Shown here: one piece after another, positions 26,149 through 33,121 of the stretch | Layout of the letters: each line of letters opens with the position of its first letter | Numbering within the stretch: the stretch's first letter is position 1 | Assembly (NCBI GenBank): GCA_964628745.1 | Contig: CAZVOR010000001.1 | Location: 1 to 46,105 of the forward strand | Direction of reading: 5' to 3' | DNA: 46,105 nt | Source: an uncultured Halobacteriales archaeon | Lineage (GTDB): Archaea; Halobacteriota; Halobacteria; Halobacteriales; Hikarchaeaceae | The notes under the pieces: model-generated | What the model was told of the DNA's origin: nothing | Database searches by the model: none | What the model saw: the letters and a program-made list of their open reading frames with translations, nothing else | Made by a program: the position numbers and the translations under genes

Positions 26149-27351
26149 ATGACCGTCTCGTTCGACACGGTGGCGCTCACCGAGTCACAGCGGCTCGTCC
26201 GGAAGAGCATCCGCGAGCTGATGGCCGAGTTCGACCGCGAGTACTGGCGCGAGCGCGCCCGGACCGGCGAGTACCCGCAGGACTTCGTCGACGAGCTGGC
26301 GGCCGGCGGCTGGCTGGGCGCGCTGCTGCCGGAGGCCTACGGCGGCGCCGGGATGACGACCGAGGAGGTCGTCGTGATGATGGAGGAGATCGCCGCGGGC
26401 GGCGGCGGGTTCTCCGCCGCCCAGGCCGTCCACGGCGGCATCTACAACTCCGTGCCGCTCGTGAAGTACGGCAGCGAAGCGCTCAAGGAGCGGCTGCTCC
26501 CAAAGGTCGCCGACGGCGAGGTCGCCATCCAGGCGTTCGGGCTCACGGAGCCCAACGCGGGCTCGGACTCGACGGCCATCGAGACGCGCGCGGAGCGCGA
26601 CGGCGACGAGTACGTCATCGACGGCGGGAAGATATGGACCTCGCGGGTGGACGCCTCCGACTACCTGCTGCTCGTCGCTCGGACGACCCCGCGGGACGAG
26701 GTCGAGAAGCGCACGCGCGGCATCTCGATGTTCCTCGTCGACCTCGCGGACGCCGAGTCGCAGGGCGCCTTCGAGAAGGAGGCCATCCCGAAGTCCGTGA
26801 GCGAGTTCGTCCACTCCTACCAGCTGTGGTTCGACGGGCTTCGCGTGCCGGCCGAGCACCTCGTCGGCGAGGAGGGCCGCGGATTCTACCAGGTGCTCGA
26901 CGGCCTCAACGAGGAGCGACTGGTCATCGCCGCGGAGTGCCTCGGGCTCGGGGAGGTCGCCCTCGAGCGCGGCGTCGAGTACGCCGGCGAGCGCGAGGTG
27001 TTCGGCCATCCCATCGGGCAGAACCAGGCCGTCCAGCACCCGCTGGCCGCGGCGTACGCCCACCTCGTCGCCGCCAGGGAGGTCACCTACTCGGCCGCGG
27101 CGCGCCTCGAGTCGCTCGACCAGAAGGCCGCCGGCGCCCGCGCGAACGCCGCGAAGTACCTCGCGGCGGAGGCCGCCTTCGAGGCCGCCGACGCCGCCGT
27201 CCAGACCCACGGCGGCTTCGGGGTCGCCACGGAGTACGACGTCGAGCGCTACTTCCGGGAGGCCCGGCTGACCCGGCTGGTGCCCATCACCCAGCAGCTC
27301 GTGCTCAACTACCTCGGCGAGCAGGTGCTCGGGCTCCCGCGGTCGTACTGA
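26149..27351 (+). CDS. acyl-CoA dehydrogenase family protein
   Basis: FGLTEPNAGSDS, DGGKIWTS, FGHPIGQNQAVQHPLA, THGGFG. The C-terminal YEGT-type catalytic Glu motif appears replaced (RLVPITQQLVLN). Confidence 0.9.
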   Translation: MTVSFDTVALTESQRLVRKSIRELMAEFDREYWRERARTGEYPQDFVDELAAGGWLGALLPEAYGGAGMTTEEVVVMMEEIAAGGGGFSAAQAVHGGIYNSVPLVKYGSEALKERLLPKVADGEVAIQAFGLTEPNAGSDSTAIETRAERDGDEYVIDGGKIWTSRVDASDYLLLVARTTPRDEVEKRTRGISMFLVDLADAESQGAFEKEAIPKSVSEFVHSYQLWFDGLRVPAEHLVGEEGRGFYQVLDGLNEERLVIAAECLGLGEVALERGVEYAGEREVFGHPIGQNQAVQHPLAAAYAHLVAAREVTYSAAARLESLDQKAAGARANAAKYLAAEAAFEAADAAVQTHGGFGVATEYDVERYFREARLTRLVPITQQLVLNYLGEQVLGLPRSY

Positions 27352-27414
27352 CCGTCGCGCGCCACCCGCCGCCAGGACCGACCGTCGCCCGTCCAGACCA
27401 CCAGGTCCGACCCG

Positions 27415-27840
27415 TCACATCCCGTCCGAGCGGACGGTCATGATGGCGCCGCTCGCGAGCATCAGTAGCGCCAGCGTGACCATCCCGGCGTCCCAACCCA
27501 TGCCCATCATCCCGCCATCCATCATGCCCCCGCCCATACCGCCGCCATCCATCATGCCGCCGTCCATCGCCCCGCCGGGCATCGCGACCATCCAGAGCTG
27601 GTTGGCCAGCATCAGCACCGCGTAGCCGATCATCAGCGGACCGCTGGCGTCCCCCAGCCGGTCCGCCCACGAGGACAGCAGCACGGCGCCGTGGAGCACG
27701 ACCACGACGCCGAGCAGGAGCATCAGCCACGCCCCGGCGGTCCGTCCGGTCGAGCCGACGAGCACCGAGTAGCCGCCGCTGGCGAACGCGATGGCCGCGC
27801 CGTACAGCCGCGTCGACGAGGTGGAGCGTGAGCCGTCCAT
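27415..27840 (-). CDS. small membrane protein (141 aa, about 4 TM) with a Met/Gly/Asp-rich loop
   Basis: MPGGAMDGGMMDGGGMGGGMMDGGMMGMGWDAGM lies between hydrophobic helices. ATG 27840 is 47 nt downstream of the enolase-2 stop on the same strand. Third-position GC is high. Confidence 0.6.
   Translation of the reverse strand: MDGSRSTSSTRLYGAAIAFASGGYSVLVGSTGRTAGAWLMLLLGVVVVLHGAVLLSSWADRLGDASGPLMIGYAVLMLANQLWMVAMPGGAMDGGMMDGGGMGGGMMDGGMMGMGWDAGMVTLALLMLASGAIMTVRSDGM
27512..27558 (-). repeat. 17-nt perfect direct repeat inside the Met/Gly-rich loop coding region
   Basis: CCGCCATCCATCATGCC occurs at 27512-27528 and 27542-27558 (30-nt period, in frame). Each copy encodes GMMDGG. Confidence 0.85.
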
Positions 27841-27887
27841 GCCGGCAACGAGGCGGCCGGCCGACTTCGATGTTCCCCCCGGCCGGG

Positions 27888-29015
27888 TCAGTCGACGCGG
27901 AGCGCCTCGACCGCGTCGTCGTCGAGCTCGACGCCCAGGCCGGGGCCCTCCGGCGCCGGGATGGTGCCGCCGTCGCGGACGTAGATGGCCTCCGGGTTGG
28001 CGACGTACGGCCCCGCGACGTACTCGCCCGGGTCGTCGACGGTGTCGTCGAGCACCGCGAATTCGATGAGCCGGCAGGCCCGCGAGGCGGCCGCGACGTG
28101 GAGGCTCGCCGCGTAGTTGACCGCCGGCCCGAGCGCGTGGGGCACCAGCCGCTTGTTGAACGCCTCGACGAGCGTCGCGACGCGGCGCGCGCCGGTCACG
28201 CCGCCGACGTAATCCAGCGACGGCTGGTAGATCTCCAGTGCGTTCGCCCGGAGGTGGTCCACCGCGCGGTAGTGCGGCGTGTGCGTCTGGAAGCCCGAGA
28301 TGGGCACGGAGACCCGCCGGTTGAGCTCGGCCTGGCCCTCGACGTCCGTGTGGGAGATGGGCTCCTCGAACCACTCGAGCTCGAGCTCGCTCGCGGTCTT
28401 CGCGACGGCCAGCGCGTCGTCGAACTCGTAGGAGGTGTTGGCGTCGATGGCCAGCCCGAAGTCGTCCGGGATGCCGTCGGTGATGGTCCGCATCCGCTCG
28501 CGGTCCCGCTCGACGCCGAAGCCGGCACCGACCTTCATCGCCGCAAAGCCCTTCTCCGCGAGCCAGTTCGCCGACTCGGCGAGCTCCTCGGGGGTCTTCG
28601 AGACCGGGAACGTCGCGTACGCCGTCACCTCGTTGACGGGGCCGCCGAGCAGGTCGGCGACCGGCCGGCCTGCGTGCTTGCCCTTGATGTCCCAGAGCGC
28701 CTCGTCGAGCGCCGACAGGGCCCCCCAGGCGCCGGCGCGCTTGACGTGGACGTACAGCTCGTGCCAGCGGGCCGTCGCCGCGAGCGGATCCTTCCCGACG
28801 ATGTGCTCGCCCATCGCCTCGATGCTCTCGGCGAGAAAGCGGTTGTGCTCGACCGACCGGTAGAACGACTCGCCGAGGCCGGTGAGCCCGGCGTCGGTGT
28901 GGACCTTCACGACGACCGACGAGATCTCGATCGACCGGTCGGCGACCTCCGCCGGCAGCGAGGCGGCGTCGACGGCGCTCCCCAGGACGACGGTCTCGAT
29001 GTCCGTTATCTCCAT
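27888..29015 (-). CDS. enolase-superfamily protein 2 (MR/MLE family), divergent catalytic set
   Basis: AIDANTSY, WFEEP and LVPHALG match the family. By eye alignment with paralog 1 it has KVG instead of KTK, SGFQ instead of GGE, and QPS instead of QPD. Confidence 0.9.
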   Translation of the reverse strand: MEITDIETVVLGSAVDAASLPAEVADRSIEISSVVVKVHTDAGLTGLGESFYRSVEHNRFLAESIEAMGEHIVGKDPLAATARWHELYVHVKRAGAWGALSALDEALWDIKGKHAGRPVADLLGGPVNEVTAYATFPVSKTPEELAESANWLAEKGFAAMKVGAGFGVERDRERMRTITDGIPDDFGLAIDANTSYEFDDALAVAKTASELELEWFEEPISHTDVEGQAELNRRVSVPISGFQTHTPHYRAVDHLRANALEIYQPSLDYVGGVTGARRVATLVEAFNKRLVPHALGPAVNYAASLHVAAASRACRLIEFAVLDDTVDDPGEYVAGPYVANPEAIYVRDGGTIPAPEGPGLGVELDDDAVEALRVD

Positions 29016-29038
29016 CGTACGCGATGACTCGAAGGCCC

Positions 29039-29046
29039 GTTATTAG
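29039..29046 (-). promoter_or_regulatory. TATA-like box (CTAATAAC on the minus strand) for enolase-superfamily gene 2
   Basis: Centred about 27 nt upstream of ATG 29015. It lies inside the track's extended MFS-2 ORF, which argues against ATG 29024 as the MFS-2 start. Confidence 0.4.
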
Positions 29047-29149
29047 GCTTACCGAGTCCGCGTGGGGGGACGTCGACCGGCTCCAGCCCGCTGGCGGCGG
29101 CCGTCCGCGGTCGAAAGCGTCATGGCGGGGCCCACCGCTGGTCGGGGCC

Positions 29150-30319
29150 GTGCAGCTGCGCTACCGGCACACGGTGCTCGCGCTGTGCCTGGCGGCGTAC
29201 TTCGCCATCCGCTTCGCTCAGCTGGTCATCAGCCCGGTCGTCACCGCCATCATGGAGGAGTTCTCGGTCACGAGCGGCGCCATCGGGCTGGCGCTGACGG
29301 GGATGTGGGTGGCCTACGCGCTCGCCCAGCTGCCCAGCGGCGTGCTCGGCGACCGGTTCGGCGAGCGCCGCGTCGTCCTGCTGGCGCTCGGGCTCGCCGC
29401 GGCCGGCAGCCTGGCCGCGGGCGCGGCGCCGGCGTTCGCCGCGTTCGTCGCCTTCGTCGTCGTGCTCGGCGCCGGCGCGGGCCTGTACTACAACGTCGCG
29501 ACGGCGCTGCTGACGCGTCTGTTCGACCAGCTCGGCCGGGCAGTCGGCACCCACCGCATCGGCAGCCAGGTCGCCGGCCTCGACGCGCCGGTCGCCGCCG
29601 CGCTCGCGCTGGCGGCCGGCTGGCGCGCCGCGCTGTGGGTCGGGGCGGCCGTCGCCGGGCTGGTGCTCGCCGCGTTCGCCGTCGCCGTCCGGCCGACGCC
29701 ACCCGTCAACCCCGGGACGGCGATGCGGGACGCCGTCGACCTGCGGACGCTCGGGGCGCTGCTGCGCCGGCGGCCCATCGCCTTCGCCGCCGGGGTGGCC
29801 ATCCTCGGCGAGTTCGTGCTGCTCGCCACGATGTCATTCCTCCCGACGTTCCTCATGGAGCACCACGCGCTGTCCGTCGGGGGTGCGAGCCTGCTCTTTT
29901 CGGGCTACTTCGCGGTCGTGGCCGCCGGGCAGCCGGCCAGCGGCTGGCTGTCCGACCGGCTGGGCCGCGACGCGGTGCTGGCGATGGCGATGCTGGCGGG
30001 CGTCGCCGGCTACGCGCTGCTGGTCGTCGGGACGACGTTCGCGAGCGCGGTGCCCGCCGTCGCGCTCGTGGGCTTCGCGATGAGCTGGGGCGCGCCGCTG
30101 CAGTCGCGGGTGATGGACGACCTCGGGGCTGCCGAGCGGGGCGTCGGCTTCGGCCTCGTCCGGACGCTGTACATCCTCGGCGGGGCGACGGGCAACGCGG
30201 CCGTCGGGGCCGTCGCCGACGTCGCCGGCTGGGGGCCGGCGTTCGGCGTGCTCGCGGTCCTCCTGGCGGTCGCGTTCGCGGCCATCGTCGGGAACCGGCT
30301 GCTCCGGCTCGGCGCGTGA
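29150..30319 (+). CDS. MFS transporter 2
   Basis: About 12 TM helices and motif A (LPSGVLGDRFGERRVV). The start is uncertain: the track ORF begins at ATG 29024, but its first codons are AT-rich and overlap the divergent TATA box. GTG 29150 (VQLRYRHTVLALCL) gives a typical MFS N-terminus. Confidence 0.8.
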   Translation: MQLRYRHTVLALCLAAYFAIRFAQLVISPVVTAIMEEFSVTSGAIGLALTGMWVAYALAQLPSGVLGDRFGERRVVLLALGLAAAGSLAAGAAPAFAAFVAFVVVLGAGAGLYYNVATALLTRLFDQLGRAVGTHRIGSQVAGLDAPVAAALALAAGWRAALWVGAAVAGLVLAAFAVAVRPTPPVNPGTAMRDAVDLRTLGALLRRRPIAFAAGVAILGEFVLLATMSFLPTFLMEHHALSVGGASLLFSGYFAVVAAGQPASGWLSDRLGRDAVLAMAMLAGVAGYALLVVGTTFASAVPAVALVGFAMSWGAPLQSRVMDDLGAAERGVGFGLVRTLYILGGATGNAAVGAVADVAGWGPAFGVLAVLLAVAFAAIVGNRLLRLGA

Positions 30320-30448
30320 GCCACGGCGCCCGGTTCGAGACGGACCCGGACGCCCGCCGGCAGCAGCTATAAGCCGACGCGGGCGAGCCCTCGACCGTGC
30401 GCCCGAAGACGTCAGCGCCCCACGCACCCGCCGCGGAGTGGTCCGACC

Positions 30449-31639
30449 GTGCTGCTCGATGACCTGACCGTCCTCGACGTCACGCAGGTCGTCGCCGGCT
30501 CGTTCGCCTCGATGTCGCTGGCCGACCTCGGGGCGGACGTGCTGAAGGTCGAGCGCCCCGACGGCGGCGACATCGGCCGGTCGAACCCGCCGCACGTCGC
30601 CGGACGGAGCGCCTACTTCGCCTCAGTCAACCGGAACAAGCGCTCGCTGGCGCTGGACCTGTCGACCGAGCGTGGCCGCGACGCCGTGCTCGACCTGGCC
30701 GCCGCGGCCGACGTGCTCGTCGAGAACCACCCGCCGGGCCGGATGGACCGCTTCGGTCTCGGCTACGACGCCGTCGCCGAGCGCAACCCCGGCGTCGTCT
30801 ACTGCTCGATCACCGGCTTCGGCCAGACCGGCCCGTACGCCGACGTCCCGGCGCTCGACATGGTGGCCCAGGCGACCAGCGGCCACATGGGACTGACCGG
30901 TCCCCCCGACGGGCCGCCGCACCGCGCCGGGCTCCCCATCGGCGACCTCGCCGGGGCGGCGTACGGGGTCCAGTCGGTGCTCGCGGCGCTGCTCCGCCGC
31001 GAGCGTACGGGCGAGGGCGCCTACCTCGACGTCTCGATGACCGACTCGCTGGTCGCCTGGCTGTCGGTCCGGGCCGGCTACACGTTCGCGACGGGCGAGC
31101 CCTACCCGCGGCTGGGCAACGAGCTGCGCGAGTTCGTCCCGTACAACGTCTACGCGACCGCCGACGGCCACCTCGCGGTCATCGTCGCGACCGACCGCCA
31201 CTGGCGACGGCTCTGTGCGGCCCTCGACCGGCCGGAGCTCGGCGAGGACGGGCGGTTCGCGACGGTCGACGGCCGGCGGGAGCGCCGGGGAGCGGTCAAC
31301 GAGCTGCTCGGGGAGACGCTCGCCGAGCGACCGACGGCGGACTGGTTCGAGCGGCTGGCCGACCGCGGCGTCCCCGCCGCGCCGGTCCACGACACGGCGA
31401 GCGTCTGGGAGGACGAGCAGGTGCAGGCCAGGGAGCTCTACCGACCCATGCCGGTCGACGGCGAGCCGTTCGGCGCCATCGCGTATCCCGCGCGGGTCCG
31501 CGGCGAGCGCTTCGAGCTCGACCGCGGCGTGCCGGCCGTCGGGGAGCACAGCCGGGAGGCGCTCGGTGAGGTCGGCTACGACGACGCGACGGTCGACGAG
31601 CTGGTCGACGCCGGCGTCGTCGGCACGCCCGACGGCTGA
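30449..31639 (+). CDS. type III (CaiB/BaiF family) CoA-transferase 3
   Basis: LDDLTVLDVTQVVAGSFASMSLADLGADVLKVERP, VNRNKRS, and VPALDMVAQATSGHMGLTG (catalytic Asp motif). GTG start. A TATA-like GCTATAAGCC lies about 78 nt upstream, which implies a leader. Confidence 0.9.
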   Translation: MLLDDLTVLDVTQVVAGSFASMSLADLGADVLKVERPDGGDIGRSNPPHVAGRSAYFASVNRNKRSLALDLSTERGRDAVLDLAAAADVLVENHPPGRMDRFGLGYDAVAERNPGVVYCSITGFGQTGPYADVPALDMVAQATSGHMGLTGPPDGPPHRAGLPIGDLAGAAYGVQSVLAALLRRERTGEGAYLDVSMTDSLVAWLSVRAGYTFATGEPYPRLGNELREFVPYNVYATADGHLAVIVATDRHWRRLCAALDRPELGEDGRFATVDGRRERRGAVNELLGETLAERPTADWFERLADRGVPAAPVHDTASVWEDEQVQARELYRPMPVDGEPFGAIAYPARVRGERFELDRGVPAVGEHSREALGEVGYDDATVDELVDAGVVGTPDG

Positions 31640-31761
31640 GGTCCGTCGGGCAGAGCGGGGGCTCTCGAACCGGCGGCGGAGAACGGTGTTCCCAGTTCCT
31701 GAGAATCGCAGGCGCGTTGAATATCTCGGGCGTCGAACGCCAACCCGTGAGGAATCCAACC

Positions 31762-32331
31762 ATGGCGACCCGACAGCTCGAGGCCGACCTGTTCGGCAGC
31801 GATACGACGTTCGAGTACAGCGAGACCTGGATCGGCTACGCACTCGTGGGGCTGCGCGTCGTGATGGGCTGGACGCTGTTCCAGGGCGGGGCCACGAAGC
31901 TCGTCACCTACCTGGACGCGGACCCGGCGAACGACTGGACCGCGGCCAGCTTCCTGGCCAACGCCATCCCCGCGGGCAACCCCCTGGCGGCGACCTGGGC
32001 CGGCATGGCCGGCAGTCCGCTGGTCGACGCGCTCGTGATGTGGGGCCTGACGCTGACCGGCCTCGGGCTGCTCCTGGGTGCGCTCGTGCGGTGGAACGCG
32101 TTCTGGGGGGCCGTCATCATGCTGTCCTTCTGGGCCGCGAGCCTGGAGGGTGGGCTGCTGGCGGGCCTGCCGGTCGCCAACGGCTGGGTGGTCGACGACC
32201 ACCTCGTCTACGCCATGCTGCTGTTCGGCCTCGGCGCCTTCGGCGCGGGTCGCCTCCTCGGGCTCGACCGCCGGCTCGAGGAGCTGGCCGTCGTCGAGGA
32301 CCACCCCTGGCTTCGCTACCTGCTCGGCTAG
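31762..32331 (+). CDS. DoxX-family membrane protein
   Basis: GYALVGLRVVMGWTLFQGGATKL and four TM helices. ATG 31762; the track's TTG 31717 lies inside the TATA-like TTGAATATC. Confidence 0.8.
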   Translation: MATRQLEADLFGSDTTFEYSETWIGYALVGLRVVMGWTLFQGGATKLVTYLDADPANDWTAASFLANAIPAGNPLAATWAGMAGSPLVDALVMWGLTLTGLGLLLGALVRWNAFWGAVIMLSFWAASLEGGLLAGLPVANGWVVDDHLVYAMLLFGLGAFGAGRLLGLDRRLEELAVVEDHPWLRYLLG

Positions 32332-32428
32332 CTCAAGGTCGGGCGGGCCGCGGCCGGCCCAGACCGCCGAAGAACCGGCGTCAGCCGCATCGAATGAACT
32401 TTGGGTCCCTCGCGGGTACCGCCGGGTG

Positions 32429-32806
32429 ATGGTGCGGGACCCGTTCGCCGGGGCCGAGCCGCCGGCGCCGGCTACCGTCCTCGACGCCCTGGACGACCCT
32501 GACTGCCGGCGCCTCATCCGGGCGCTGTCCGCCCCGCGGACCGCACGCGAGCTCTCCGAGGCCTGCGACATGCCGCTCTCTACGACCTACCGCAAGCTCG
32601 AGCTGCTGACCGACGCTTCGGTCGTCGAGGAGCGGACCCGCATCCGGGAGGGCGGGCACCACACGGCGCAGTACTCGCTGGACTTCGAGGCCGTGCGGTT
32701 CGCCCTCGACGAGGAACGGCGGCTCGACGTGACCATCACCCGCCCGGCCCGGAGCGCGGACGAGCAGCTGGCCAAGCTGTGGTCGGAGGTGAGAGGCGGG
32801 ACATGA
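32429..32806 (+). CDS. winged helix-turn-helix (ArsR-like) transcriptional regulator
   Basis: VLDALDDPDCRRLIRALSAPRTARELSEACDMPLSTTYRKLELLTDASVVEE. The TATA-like GAACTTTGGG lies about 28 nt upstream of ATG 32429. Confidence 0.75.
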   Translation: MVRDPFAGAEPPAPATVLDALDDPDCRRLIRALSAPRTARELSEACDMPLSTTYRKLELLTDASVVEERTRIREGGHHTAQYSLDFEAVRFALDEERRLDVTITRPARSADEQLAKLWSEVRGGT

Positions 32807-33081
32807 CCGACGTCTCCGTGGCGATCGTCGTCCTGAAGACGCTGACGCTGGCGCTCGGCGGGCTGATCACCTACCAGGCCTACCGGGCGTTCCGGCGGAC
32901 GGGGTCGCCGGCGCTGCGCTCGCTGACCGTCGGGTTCGGGCTGGTGACGCTCGGCTCGCTGCTCGCCGGTCTGGTCGACCAGATCGTCCGGCTGCCGACG
33001 GACGTCGCGCTGGTCGTCGAGAGCCTGCTCGCGGCGGTCGGCTTCGCGGTCATCCTCTACTCGCTGTACGTCGACCGGTAG
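32803..33081 (+). CDS. small membrane protein (92 aa, 3 TM) translationally coupled to the wHTH regulator
   Basis: ATG 32803 overlaps the regulator stop (ATGA). A full SD-like GGAGGTGA lies 8-15 nt upstream. Hydrophobic helices: VAIVVLKTLTLALGGLITY, LTVGFGLVTLGSLLAGLV, SLLAAVGFAVILYSL. Confidence 0.65.
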   Translation: MTDVSVAIVVLKTLTLALGGLITYQAYRAFRRTGSPALRSLTVGFGLVTLGSLLAGLVDQIVRLPTDVALVVESLLAAVGFAVILYSLYVDR

Positions 33082-33121
33082 CCCCCAAACGGCTTTCCCG
33101 GGCCGGTCCGTGTGAACGGCC

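Noticed and set aside
29024-29149. ATG 29024 as the start of MFS transporter 2 (the longest-ORF start in the track).
   Set aside because: The first codons are AT-rich (act cga agg ccc gtt att agg ctt) and overlap the TATA-like box serving the divergent enolase gene only 9 nt away. The resulting 42-residue N-terminal extension is Arg/Gly/Pro-rich. GTG 29150 gives a normal MFS N-terminus. The true start remains unverified.
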